Assembly: GCA_020161535.1 (NCBI GenBank)
Contig: JAIUNW010000008.1
Coordinates: forward strand, 73,908-137,907
Direction of reading: 5' to 3'
DNA length: 64,000 nt
Source of the DNA: Bacteroidota bacterium
GTDB taxonomy: Bacteria; Bacteroidota; Bacteroidia; Chitinophagales; Chitinophagaceae
The notes under the pieces were generated by a model. That model was not told the DNA's origin and did no database searches. It was given only the letters and a program-made list of their open reading frames with translations. The translations under genes and the position numbers were made by a program. Below, one piece after another: positions 36,719 to 46,608 of this stretch (position 1 is its first letter; each line of letters starts with the position of its first letter).

Positions 36719-39700
36719 ATGATTGCAGATACTTTTATAAAGCGGCCTGTTACCGCCATTGTAATATCGGTGGTATTGGTGCTGGTGGGAATCATCGCGA
36801 TGATTACTCTGCCCGTAGCGCAATACCCGGATATCACGCCGCCCACTGTTTCTATTGCCGGTAACTTTACCGGTGCCGACGCGCAAACGGTAGAGCAAAC
36901 CACCACCACGGCGATTGAGACCCAGGTGAACGGTACACCGGGCATGACCTACATGACCAGTAATAGTACCAGTAGTGGTCAGTCGAGTATCACGGTAAAC
37001 TTTGAAGTAGGTACCAATATTGATATCGCTACGCTCGATGTGCAAAACCGCGTAAGTGTTGCACAGCCAACCTTGCCCGATGCGGTAAAGCGTTTAGGCC
37101 TTACCGTTAGAAAGCGTAACCCCAGTATCATGATGGCCCTGGCCCTCATTTCACCCAATGGAACGCACGACGCTACTTTTTTGGGCAACTATGCCAATAT
37201 TTACTTGAAAGACGCGCTGTTGCGGGTGAAAGGCGTGGGTGATATCTTCACCAGGGCCGATGATTTTAGTATGCGTGTTTGGCTGGACCCCGGCAAAATG
37301 TCGGCGCTTGGCATCACCACCACAGAAGTGAATGCCGCATTAGCGGAACAAAACCTGCAAGTAGCTGCGGGAACCGTGGGGGGTAACCCCCAACCAGGTG
37401 CACAAACCTATGAATTCAGCGTACTTACCAACAGCCGGCTGAATACGGTAGAACAGTTTGAGAAAATCATTGTGCGTACGCGGCCTGTTGACAACAGCGT
37501 GGTGTACTTACGCGACGTAGCCAAAGTCGACCTGGGCAAATTTGATTATGGCATCAATGCCTTTGCAAATGGCCATCCTGCAGCATTTGTGCTCATTTAC
37601 CAGGCGCCTGGCGCCAATGCGCTCGACACCTACAAAGGCATCATGACTGCTTTGGAGCGCCTGAAGAAAAACTTCCCGAAAGATGTTGACTACCTGGTGC
37701 CGCTCGAAACAGCCACCGTGGTGCAGGTATCGATCAATGAAGTAATGCATACCCTGGTAGAAGCGCTGATCCTGGTAATACTGGTGGTGTTCCTGTTTTT
37801 GCAGAACTGGCGGGCAACCTTGATTCCCATCCTGGCCATACCGGTATCGTTGATCGCTACGTTTATATTTTTCATACCCTTTGGTTTTACCATCAATACA
37901 CTTACCCTGTTCGCCTTTGTATTGGCGATTGGTATTGTTGTGGATGACGCCATCGTGGTGGTAGAAGCCGTTCAACACTATATTGACCACGAAAAAATAT
38001 CGCCGCGAGAGGCGACGCAAAAAGCCATGCGCGATATCTCCGGACCAGTTATTGCCATCGCGCTGATCCTGGCGGCTGTATTTGTGCCGGTTAGTTTTGT
38101 GCCGGGCATCGTGGGCAGGCTGTACCAGCAATTTGCGATTACCATCGCTATGTCGGTCGTGATCTCTGCTTTTGTGGCATTGTCGCTGACGCCGGCACTC
38201 TGTATTTTGCTGCTCAAACCTTCAAAGGAAGAAGGTGCGAAAAAGAATTTGCTCGAAAAATTCTTTGCTTCATTCAACAATTGGTTCCACAAAGTATCCC
38301 GTTCTTATACCCGTGGCGTAGCAAAATGGATCAAGGCAACACCTTATGTAATCGTGATGATGATCTGCGTGTTTGTGGGTTTGTTCCTGCTATTCAAAAA
38401 CAAACCAACCGGATTCATACCCACAGAAGACGAAGGACGTATGTATGTTACCTACGAAATGCAGGAAGGTGCTTCCACCACGCGTAGTGTAGCGATGATG
38501 AAAGAAATTATGTCGAGAGTGCAAACCATCCCCGCCGTTAAAGTGGTGGGTGGTATCGCCGGACTCAATATCATCAGCTTCTCCAATAAATCGAATGTGG
38601 GTACTATGTTTGTCAACCTCAAACCCTGGGATGTTCGCGAAAGCAAAGAAATGCAGGTACAGGGTGTGATGGCTGAAATTCGCAAGCGAACCGCTGATAT
38701 CAAAGAAGCACGCATCATGCCAATTGCGCCGCCGGCCATTCCTGGCTTGGGACAAACAGCCGGCTTCACCTTTGAGTTGCAACAAACAACCAGTACGGAC
38801 GACCTCAAACAATTTGAAGCCGTCGGACAAAAATTCTTGGGAGCGTTGTTAAAACGTCCCGAGATCGGCGCTGCTTTCACTTTTTTCAGTACTCGAACAC
38901 CGGCCTACCAGGTTGATGTAGATCGCGCGAAGGTGAAACAGTTGGGCCTTAGTTTGTCTGATGTATACGGAACCTTATCGACCTTGCTGGGTAGTAGTTA
39001 TGTAAATGACTTCAACTTATATGGAAGAAATTTCCGGGTGATGTTACAGGCCGACAGCAGTTTCCGTTCTGACCTGTCTGAGTTCCAGAATTTCTATGTT
39101 CGAAACAGCCAGGGCAATATGATTCCGTTGAGCTCTATCGTTACTTCGAAAGTAATCGAGAATCCTTCGGTGATATCGCACTATAATATTTATCGTTCCA
39201 TTGAATTCAATGGTACACCAAAGCCAGGTTATTCAAGTGGTGAAGCCATCCAGGCGCTGCGTGAAGTAGCACAACAGGTATTGCCTGATGGTTACGGGTA
39301 TGAATTCTCGGGCATGAGCCGCGAGGAAATTGCAGCAGGAAGTAGCACAACGACCATCTTCGCCATTTCGATTGTGTTTGTATTTCTTTTCCTGGCAGCT
39401 TTGTATGAAAGTTGGTCGATTCCATTTTCCGTATTGTTTGCAGTACCAATTGGTGCCCTTGGATCTATCATCACTCTTACTTTCCTGCCCAGCCTGACGA
39501 ACAATGTTTATGCACAAATTGGATTGATCACCTTGATCGGCCTGGCGGCGAAGAACGCCATCCTCATTGTTGAATTTGCCAAAGAAAGGGTAGACCGAGG
39601 CATTGATATATTGCATGCCACTTTGCAAGCTGTGCAATTGCGTTTGCGACCCATCATCATGACCTCGCTGGCATTTATCTTGGGGGTGCTTCCGCTGGCT

Positions 39701-39913
39701 TTTGCTACGGGTGCGGCTGCTGAAAGCCGGAAAACCATTGGCTGGACAGTTTTTGGCGGTATGATGGCTGCAACTACCCTGGCCATTTTTGTTGTTCCGG
39801 TTCTTTTTGTATTGATTACCAAGCTTTCATATGGCCGGAAAATCCAAAAAATTAGGGCAAAAGCAGAAGAAGAAAAGAAGATGGATGAGACTATTTTCCG
39901 AACCAATGCCTAA
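36719..39913 (+). CDS. RND (HAE1/AcrB-type) efflux permease
   Basis: 1064 aa with 12 TM helices and two large periplasmic loops. The N-terminus MIADTFIKRPVTAIVISV is typical. Confidence 0.9.
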   Translation: MIADTFIKRPVTAIVISVVLVLVGIIAMITLPVAQYPDITPPTVSIAGNFTGADAQTVEQTTTTAIETQVNGTPGMTYMTSNSTSSGQSSITVNFEVGTNIDIATLDVQNRVSVAQPTLPDAVKRLGLTVRKRNPSIMMALALISPNGTHDATFLGNYANIYLKDALLRVKGVGDIFTRADDFSMRVWLDPGKMSALGITTTEVNAALAEQNLQVAAGTVGGNPQPGAQTYEFSVLTNSRLNTVEQFEKIIVRTRPVDNSVVYLRDVAKVDLGKFDYGINAFANGHPAAFVLIYQAPGANALDTYKGIMTALERLKKNFPKDVDYLVPLETATVVQVSINEVMHTLVEALILVILVVFLFLQNWRATLIPILAIPVSLIATFIFFIPFGFTINTLTLFAFVLAIGIVVDDAIVVVEAVQHYIDHEKISPREATQKAMRDISGPVIAIALILAAVFVPVSFVPGIVGRLYQQFAITIAMSVVISAFVALSLTPALCILLLKPSKEEGAKKNLLEKFFASFNNWFHKVSRSYTRGVAKWIKATPYVIVMMICVFVGLFLLFKNKPTGFIPTEDEGRMYVTYEMQEGASTTRSVAMMKEIMSRVQTIPAVKVVGGIAGLNIISFSNKSNVGTMFVNLKPWDVRESKEMQVQGVMAEIRKRTADIKEARIMPIAPPAIPGLGQTAGFTFELQQTTSTDDLKQFEAVGQKFLGALLKRPEIGAAFTFFSTRTPAYQVDVDRAKVKQLGLSLSDVYGTLSTLLGSSYVNDFNLYGRNFRVMLQADSSFRSDLSEFQNFYVRNSQGNMIPLSSIVTSKVIENPSVISHYNIYRSIEFNGTPKPGYSSGEAIQALREVAQQVLPDGYGYEFSGMSREEIAAGSSTTTIFAISIVFVFLFLAALYESWSIPFSVLFAVPIGALGSIITLTFLPSLTNNVYAQIGLITLIGLAAKNAILIVEFAKERVDRGIDILHATLQAVQLRLRPIIMTSLAFILGVLPLAFATGAAAESRKTIGWTVFGGMMAATTLAIFVVPVLFVLITKLSYGRKIQKIRAKAEEEKKMDETIFRTNA

Positions 39914-39995
39914 GAAAAGCAGCGGAATGTTTGCATATTAGAGATATATTAACTAGGTTTGCGGCGGAAAAAATATCCATCAAAAACAAGAAACA

Positions 39996-40229
39996 ATGAA
40001 AAAGGTATTTGCTATTCTCGCTATCACTGCTGCTTTTGCTGCTTGTAACAACGCTGCTGAATCAACTGAAAAAACAATTGATTCTACAGCCAACGCTGCT
40101 GCTGCTACCATCGATTCTACTGCTGCTGCTGCAACAACTACAATCGATTCAGTTGCTAACAAAGTAGACTCTACTGTTAAAGCTGCTACTGACAGCGTTA
40201 AAGCCAAAGTTGATAGCCTGAAAAAATAA
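39996..40229 (+). CDS. Small Ala/Thr/Ser-rich lipoprotein with IDS/VDS repeats (77 aa)
   Basis: Lipobox AAFAAC. Repeated TIDSTA / TIDSVA / KVDSTV / KVDSL units. Strong GCT/ACT/TCT codon preference, and a strong terminator immediately downstream. Confidence 0.6.
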   Translation: MKKVFAILAITAAFAACNNAAESTEKTIDSTANAAAATIDSTAAAATTTIDSVANKVDSTVKAATDSVKAKVDSLKK

Positions 40230-40251
40230 GGCAATAATTGACTATATATAA

Positions 40252-40278
40252 AGGCCGGCGTTTACGTCGGCTTTTTTA
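40252..40278 (+). terminator. Rho-independent terminator
   Basis: GCCGGCG-TTTA-CGTCGGC (one G-U pair) followed by TTTTTT. Confidence 0.6.
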
Positions 40279-40346
40279 TTGGTTCTAAAATCCGTTTTTT
40301 CACTCTTTTTTCGGGAAGACCGCCCCAATAATTTGCAGGTAGCAAA

Positions 40347-42416
40347 ATGCAGGTTATGAAAAAAGTGGGCGTGATTTTTTTGCTGACGATAGCAGCGGTA
40401 CATGGGTTTGCAGCCATTCGATGGACGGGTATGGCGGGGAACGGTAGGTGGGATGATCCCCTGAATTGGGAAAACGCGGTGTTACCCGCTGCAACCGATG
40501 AAGTTGTGTTGGACAATAATTATGTATCCGGGCCCTATACGGTCATGTTGCCGGATATGGCTGTTACGGTAAGTCGCATTCAAATCGGCGGACCAAGTAT
40601 TATTCAACTCATTCTACCTGTTTCAAACAACATTGTAAGTGCTGCAGGCTCGCCCGATACCCGGGCCCTGACTTTAACCGGTGGCGGTTATGCTTTGGAG
40701 ATTGGTGAGGGCGCTGTTTTTGTGAACGCATCAGGCAGCAGCAGCGGCTATTCGATCCGAATTGCTGATTCAATTCTGGTACAGAATGGAGGCCGATTTG
40801 TGCATAGAACCCGCACGGGTCATGCCGAATTGGTAGAGCGACTAAGCCGTCGACCGGGAACAGAAAAAGGCATTTTTCGTTTTGAGAATACAGACGCGGC
40901 CTCGGTTATTTCTTTGAGTGGTCGTGTGTATGGACGATTGGAATTGTCTGCACAGTATGCCCCAGGCCAGCAAATTTCTTATACAGCAGCGGGTACGAAT
41001 GATGCACTGATACGATCAGACTTTGTATTGGAGCAAGGTGTTCGGCTTGCGTTCAATTTTAGTAATACCATCAACATTCTTGGCAATCTCGAAGCGCATG
41101 GTGCGTCTATGAACCTGGCAAGTGCCGCCAGGTCGCTTACGTTGGATATTAAAAAAGATATTTTTTGGGAGAACGGCCTAATTGAGTCGAATAATGTAAA
41201 TGGCGCAACAGGCCGATTGCTGCTGGCGGGTAATCAACCGCAACACGTTTTCATGGGTGCAGCCATTGGTTCAGCAACGAAACTGGTGCTTAACAATCTG
41301 GCGGGCTGTATTGCCAGTAGTGATCTCTCTGTGCTGCACGAATTACAGTTGCAAAATGGTGCGCTGACCATGGAGAACGGCTCCGGGGTTTTGTTGGGTG
41401 CCTCAGCAACCCTGCTGTCGGATAGTTTGAATGACAATAGTTATATAGATGGACTTGTTCGTAAGATTGGCTGGAATGGCGCGGCACTTCGTTTTCCGTT
41501 GGGAAAAAATAACCGACAGCGCTGGATCGTTTTAACAGGTGGCAGTGGCGATATTGAATTGGGTTATTATGGCAGTTCTGCTTTAAGCCTGAGTGGTCAA
41601 ATGGCGACGGGTATAGACCATGTATCTGACCTGGAGTATTGGTCGGTTGCCTTGTCACAGCCATCCTTACTAAAAGTTTCGCTGTCGTTCGCAACAGGTG
41701 TAAGTGGCATCTTAACTGATCCCGGCAGTTTACGAGTAGCCCATTTGGTAAACAGTAGCTGGACAGATGCGGGTAATGCAGCGACTACAGGCAATACAGA
41801 TTATGGGTCGGTTAGCAGCGACCTGATTCATGCCGGGACTTCTTTGCAGCTGACGCTGGCAAGCAACCTGGCTGGAGAAAATATTCTTCCGATGCATATA
41901 ACTGACCAGCAAATGCAACAGTGGAACAACCGTTGGGTTTGCCGCTTTCGGGTGCTCGATATCAGTGCAGGCGATAGCTGTTTTATTGAATGGTCGGCCG
42001 ATGGATTTAGGTATGAAAAAATCACAGCTATTCCTTTGCTGATGGATCAGTCGTTTTACCAGGAAACAATTCCAGCTGCGCGCGAACGGGGGTTCTGCAG
42101 AATTGTTTTGTCGTCGGCTGATGGAAACAGTATTGTCGGTAAGCCAATGCGGTTTGGTGTTGTGCCGGAGAAATGGGCGATCCAAGTGCTACCGATACGC
42201 AATCAATCGCTGGTAATTTTGAGCGATCAATCTCGCCCTACTACCGTGCAACTTTTTGATGGATGCGGCCGGCTGCTTGTTCGGCAGAAGATTGTCTTAC
42301 AGAAAGGAAGCAACCAGGTTTTCCTCCGGCAAAAACAATATGCACGCGGAAATTATGTGGTGATGGTAACAGACAACAACCAGTTTTCGGTCAGCCGGCT
42401 AGTGTTATTGCAATAG
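40347..42416 (+). CDS. Secreted protein of unknown function with T9SS-type C-terminal sorting domain
   Basis: Signal peptide. The C-terminal ~80 aa end in GNYVVMVTDNNQFSVSRLVLLQ, as in type A T9SS CTDs. The body is not recognised. Confidence 0.6.
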   Translation: MQVMKKVGVIFLLTIAAVHGFAAIRWTGMAGNGRWDDPLNWENAVLPAATDEVVLDNNYVSGPYTVMLPDMAVTVSRIQIGGPSIIQLILPVSNNIVSAAGSPDTRALTLTGGGYALEIGEGAVFVNASGSSSGYSIRIADSILVQNGGRFVHRTRTGHAELVERLSRRPGTEKGIFRFENTDAASVISLSGRVYGRLELSAQYAPGQQISYTAAGTNDALIRSDFVLEQGVRLAFNFSNTINILGNLEAHGASMNLASAARSLTLDIKKDIFWENGLIESNNVNGATGRLLLAGNQPQHVFMGAAIGSATKLVLNNLAGCIASSDLSVLHELQLQNGALTMENGSGVLLGASATLLSDSLNDNSYIDGLVRKIGWNGAALRFPLGKNNRQRWIVLTGGSGDIELGYYGSSALSLSGQMATGIDHVSDLEYWSVALSQPSLLKVSLSFATGVSGILTDPGSLRVAHLVNSSWTDAGNAATTGNTDYGSVSSDLIHAGTSLQLTLASNLAGENILPMHITDQQMQQWNNRWVCRFRVLDISAGDSCFIEWSADGFRYEKITAIPLLMDQSFYQETIPAARERGFCRIVLSSADGNSIVGKPMRFGVVPEKWAIQVLPIRNQSLVILSDQSRPTTVQLFDGCGRLLVRQKIVLQKGSNQVFLRQKQYARGNYVVMVTDNNQFSVSRLVLLQ

Positions 42417-44594
42417 CTGCCGTATTTTTCGGCGGTATTGCTGAAACGCTTTTTCTTCCTGTTTGATAAAACTATTATCGGCCAATTTTCCCACAACCTC
42501 GTCCATTTCTTCCTGGCTATTGTATAGCATCGCCCGAAACGGATTCTGGTAATCCTTTTCGCGCGAAGTAAGAATGCGCTCAGTAAGTTCTTTCCTGAAT
42601 TGAACACTGTCGGCCAACAATTGTTTTACCGCATGAATATCATTGCTGAGGTCAACGCCAAAGGCCGCAGCATACAAGGATATAGCTTGTTGCAGTTTGT
42701 CGTCGGCATAGTGTTGCTGTTGTTCGCGATAAAATGCGTGCACATCTTTCCAGCCGGCTATCTTGTTTTTGGTTATCTGCGTGAGCAGGTCTTTAACCTT
42801 ATCAGCGAGAATTAGTTGTCCGCCGATATTTTCCCATGCTTTCAACTTCCCTGCCTTTGGTAGTTTCTTGAACACTTTGCTAAGTGACACATCCAATGTT
42901 TCGCATTTCGCAACTATTTCCCTTGTTGCGTAATACGACAGTAGTTTTCGATACCATTGGTAGCCCTTTGCTGGTTTCAAAATCACAACGTGTCGTTGGC
43001 TTTTCTCTGCACCAGAAACCTGCACCAGGAGTTGATTTATGTCGCCATCGGTTGCTAAGAGTAGTTGTTTGCCCTTGTTCCTGTATTGGCGTTCGGTACC
43101 AGTTAGGCCCTGTTGTCGGTACCAGGCTGTTCCCGTGGCAGTTTCCAACAATGCCATTGCTTCCAGGCATTCGGCTGCGGTATCAGGTGCCAGGTAATCG
43201 TATTCCAACAACTGGGTTCGGTCGATTCGATTGTCGCGGTCTACATATTTCCAGGCATTCCGGGCGATGGCATACATATTATATTGAAACCAATAGGCGG
43301 GCATTATTTGCAATCGATCGTTGACCAGGTCGTTGCTGACCAACGCAAAGGGGAATTTGATGTCTATTTCAGCAGGATAATCGCCCTTGGCCAACATGCA
43401 ATAAGAAGCAAATCGAGAATTGTGTTTCAGGCTTACACAGAGGCCTGGCCAGAAGCCACGGCCTGCAATTAATTCACCATCGGGGCTTCTTGAGTTGTGG
43501 TTAGAGCCGATGGTGGCACCAGCCGCCATATTGCTTTGGCCCATGACGAGAGAAGCACAAAGAAATGAATTGTTATGGTGTTGTTCGTGCGCGGGGAAGA
43601 TAAGTGAGTTCAACACTTCGCAACAGGAGATGGTAGCATTGTTTCCCAGATACGAGTTGATAAGACGGGCCCCATATTTAAGTTGGGAATGCGAAGCCAT
43701 CACGAAGCGAACGGCTTTGACGCCATAAAAGATGCGGCAGCCGATATTGATTATACCGTTTACCAACTCGCAGCCTTCGCCCACCTGCGACCTGGCGCTG
43801 GCGGTTGAATGTATGGTCAGGTTTTTTAACTTATTGGCGCCCTTGATATAGGCATCCGAGCCAATCATAACGTCTTTAATGACGCGGGTGTTTTTGATGA
43901 TTGTGCGATCGCCAATCATGCCGTAGTAACCGCGTTGACTATCGAATATATTGGTGGTGAAATGGATGAATTGTTCCTGCAGTTTTTTGTTTTCCCGATG
44001 ACGACTCCATAAATAAGCGTCGCCGGGTAGCATGCCGTCGAAAGGCAGTATTTTACGTCCGCCGTTCTCATTACATATTTCCAACCAGATGCGAAGCTTT
44101 TCCTCTTCGCCCTCTTTGATGATGCCGTTGCCGAATTTGGCATGGCTGCTGGTGGCCAGTTCGTTTATATTTGCCAGCATTACTTCATTGCCAACAATAT
44201 AATGGGCCAGGTAGTTGACATTGTTCACCACCACATTGTCGCCGAAATCAGAACTGATGACGGTGCTATTATACAAACCCACGGGCAGTTGCAGGTTGCT
44301 GTATTCAAGACAAAATGCTTCGAGTTTTCCAATTCGAACCAAGCCATAAAATGTACAGCTCTTTACTAGTTCGGGATTGAAGGCGTCGGAAACAAGAATT
44401 TTATTCCAGTCGTCGCTGTGGTTCCGATTGCGCACCAACACTTCAATTTCGAAGGCAGTTAGTTGCCGGTAAAGTATGCCACTTTTGTTTTGCTGGTTGC
44501 GAAGATGGTACTCATCTTTTCCAGCGGGCAACAGGGAGTCGGGGATGAAATTATATCCCATGGCCTGCACCGGACTTTTTCTGATCAGGTTCAT
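42405..44594 (-). CDS. DUF4954-like protein with imperfect left-handed beta-helix (hexapeptide) region
   Basis: 729 aa. The central stretch has imperfect hexapeptide periodicity (IGDRTIIKNTRVIKDVMIGSDAYIKGANKLKNLTIHSTA...). It starts 10 nt after the glmS stop. The family name is from memory. Confidence 0.65.
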   Translation of the reverse strand: MNLIRKSPVQAMGYNFIPDSLLPAGKDEYHLRNQQNKSGILYRQLTAFEIEVLVRNRNHSDDWNKILVSDAFNPELVKSCTFYGLVRIGKLEAFCLEYSNLQLPVGLYNSTVISSDFGDNVVVNNVNYLAHYIVGNEVMLANINELATSSHAKFGNGIIKEGEEEKLRIWLEICNENGGRKILPFDGMLPGDAYLWSRHRENKKLQEQFIHFTTNIFDSQRGYYGMIGDRTIIKNTRVIKDVMIGSDAYIKGANKLKNLTIHSTASARSQVGEGCELVNGIINIGCRIFYGVKAVRFVMASHSQLKYGARLINSYLGNNATISCCEVLNSLIFPAHEQHHNNSFLCASLVMGQSNMAAGATIGSNHNSRSPDGELIAGRGFWPGLCVSLKHNSRFASYCMLAKGDYPAEIDIKFPFALVSNDLVNDRLQIMPAYWFQYNMYAIARNAWKYVDRDNRIDRTQLLEYDYLAPDTAAECLEAMALLETATGTAWYRQQGLTGTERQYRNKGKQLLLATDGDINQLLVQVSGAEKSQRHVVILKPAKGYQWYRKLLSYYATREIVAKCETLDVSLSKVFKKLPKAGKLKAWENIGGQLILADKVKDLLTQITKNKIAGWKDVHAFYREQQQHYADDKLQQAISLYAAAFGVDLSNDIHAVKQLLADSVQFRKELTERILTSREKDYQNPFRAMLYNSQEEMDEVVGKLADNSFIKQEEKAFQQYRRKIRQLLQ

Positions 44595-44604
44595 ACTTGT
44601 AACT

Positions 44605-46443
44605 TTATTCTACTGTCACGCTTTTGGCCAGGTTGCGTGGTTTATCGACATCAAGCCCCTTGGCTACACCTATGTAATAAGCAAGCAATTGCATGGGAAT
44701 GGCATTGACCAGCGGCGCCATCAGTTCATCGGCAAAGGGTACGGTGATGCTATCGTCACAGAGTGCATGGGCCGATTCATCACCCTCACTTACTACAGCG
44801 ATTACTTTGCCTTTGCGGGCTTTTATCTCCTGCATATTGCTCAGCACTTTTTCGTGAAATGAATCTTTGGTGGCCACAAAAAAGACAGGTAGTTTGTCGT
44901 CGACCAATGCAATGGGGCCGTGTTTCATTTCAGCCGCCGGATAGCCTTCTGCATGGATATAAGATATTTCTTTTAGCTTGAGCGCACCTTCGAGGGCAAT
45001 CGGAAAATTATACCCACGACCCAGGTAGAGTGCATCTGTAACGTCTTTGTATTTATGTGCTAGTTGTTCGATGTGCGCGTGTTGCTCCAATGCCAGTTTT
45101 ACTTTTTCCGGTACTTCGTTTAATTCGGTTAGTAGTTGGCGGAAACGATCCTGGCTAATGCTGTTTCGGTATTCGGCAATCTTCAGGCCCATCATTGCCA
45201 GTACCGCCAGTTGGGCGGTGAAGGCCTTGGTACTGGCAACACCGATTTCAGGCCCGGCGTGCGTATAGGCCCCACCGTTAGATGTTCTCGCTATAGAAGA
45301 TCCCACTACATTCACAATTCCTAAAATCAGCGCTCCTTTTTCTTTGGCGCTTTCAATGGCAACCAGCGTATCGGCGGTTTCGCCGCTTTGACTGATGGCG
45401 ATGATCACATCGCCTTTGCCGACAATCGGATTGCGATATCGAAATTCAGAAGCATACTCTACTTCAACAGGAATGCGTGTTAGCTCTTCAAAAATATATT
45501 CTGCTACCAAAGCTGCGTGCCAACTGGTACCGCAGGCCACCATTATGATACGCTGCGCGTTTTTCAGTTGGTCGGCATATTTTTCGATGCCACTCATAGT
45601 AATGGTGCCGGCAGCCGCATCGAGGCGACCACGAAGGCAATCAAAAATGGTATCAGGTTGTTCGAAAATTTCTTTGAGCATGAAATGATCATAGCCGCCT
45701 TTTTCGATGGCTGCCATTTCCATATCGAGCTGGGTGATGAAGGGTGAAATCTTTTCGTTGCCCAGGTTCTTAAGAATCAACTCATCCGCCTTAATGATGG
45801 CTAGTTCATAATCATTCACATACACTACTTCTTTTGTGTATTCAATGATGGGCGAGGCGTCACTTGCCAGGAAATGAGCGCCTTTGCCAATGCCGATGAC
45901 CAAGGGCGAGCCCTTGCGGGCTGCGATCAGGGTGTCAGGATGATCTTGGTCGAGCAGCACAATAACATAGGCACCCACAATTCTGCGCAGCGCAATGCGA
46001 ACCGCTTCTTCCAGGTCGCCGCCGTTTTTGATATGGATGTCTTCAATGAAATTCAACAGCACTTCGGTATCGGTATCACTCTTAAAGCTGTATCCTTTTT
46101 TTACGAGCTCCGATTTTAGTTGCGCATAATTTTCAATAATGCCATTGTGAATCATGGCCAGTTTTCCGCTTTTCGAAAGATGCGGGTGTGCATTGCGATC
46201 GCAAGGTTCGCCATGGGTTGCCCAGCGCGTATGACCAATTCCGATGGTGGCCGGCAACGATTTTCCTAATAGTGTTTCTTCGAGTTGAGCTACTTTGCCT
46301 TGTTTTTTGAAGACTTCCAATTGGCCATTTTGAATGAGCGCAACACCTGAGCTATCATAACCACGATACTCAAGCCGCTTGAGCCCTTTGAGAATAATGG
46401 GATAAGCTTCTTTTTGGCCAACGTAAGCGACAATTCCACACAT
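44605..46443 (-). CDS. glmS: Glutamine--fructose-6-phosphate aminotransferase
   Basis: MCGIVAYVG N-terminus (Cys nucleophile), two SIS domains, and the C-terminal AKSVTVE. The start is set at the internal ATG (rc 46441-46443). Confidence 0.92.
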   Translation of the reverse strand: MCGIVAYVGQKEAYPIILKGLKRLEYRGYDSSGVALIQNGQLEVFKKQGKVAQLEETLLGKSLPATIGIGHTRWATHGEPCDRNAHPHLSKSGKLAMIHNGIIENYAQLKSELVKKGYSFKSDTDTEVLLNFIEDIHIKNGGDLEEAVRIALRRIVGAYVIVLLDQDHPDTLIAARKGSPLVIGIGKGAHFLASDASPIIEYTKEVVYVNDYELAIIKADELILKNLGNEKISPFITQLDMEMAAIEKGGYDHFMLKEIFEQPDTIFDCLRGRLDAAAGTITMSGIEKYADQLKNAQRIIMVACGTSWHAALVAEYIFEELTRIPVEVEYASEFRYRNPIVGKGDVIIAISQSGETADTLVAIESAKEKGALILGIVNVVGSSIARTSNGGAYTHAGPEIGVASTKAFTAQLAVLAMMGLKIAEYRNSISQDRFRQLLTELNEVPEKVKLALEQHAHIEQLAHKYKDVTDALYLGRGYNFPIALEGALKLKEISYIHAEGYPAAEMKHGPIALVDDKLPVFFVATKDSFHEKVLSNMQEIKARKGKVIAVVSEGDESAHALCDDSITVPFADELMAPLVNAIPMQLLAYYIGVAKGLDVDKPRNLAKSVTVE

Positions 46444-46608
46444 GATGTTGATTTTTGATATTGGGCAGTGGGTAGCAGGCAATGTAGCGCTTTTTACGCA
46501 ATCGATTGCGTGAAAAATGCTAAATGTTGCCGGTGCATCAAAAAAAGCTGTTTCACTGCGCTTGAATCGCTGGCATTGAAATAGTATTGTGGTTCAAAAC
46601 AACAGTAA

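Noticed and set aside
36407-38131. Long antisense ORFs (for example 36407..37045 and 37508..38131) inside the RND permease gene. Similar ones lie inside other long genes (5581..6204, 6086..6622, 24668..25090, 26604..27146).
   Set aside because: Their compositions are His/Arg/Gly-rich or Cys-rich with no motifs. They lie opposite confidently identified genes and are typical shadow ORFs of moderately GC-rich coding DNA.
39980-40234. 84-aa minus-strand ORF mirroring the small lipoprotein gene.
   Set aside because: This is a shadow ORF created by the Ala/Thr/Ser repeat (GCT/AGC symmetry). The plus-strand frame has a lipobox, and a terminator follows it.
46444-46608. Looked for a glmS ribozyme in the glmS leader.
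   Set aside because: The minus-strand leader lacks the conserved AGCGCC cleavage-site core and the nested pseudoknot segments as I remember them. The 165-nt spacer must also hold two divergent promoters. This is judged by eye only; cmsearch with RF00234 would settle it.
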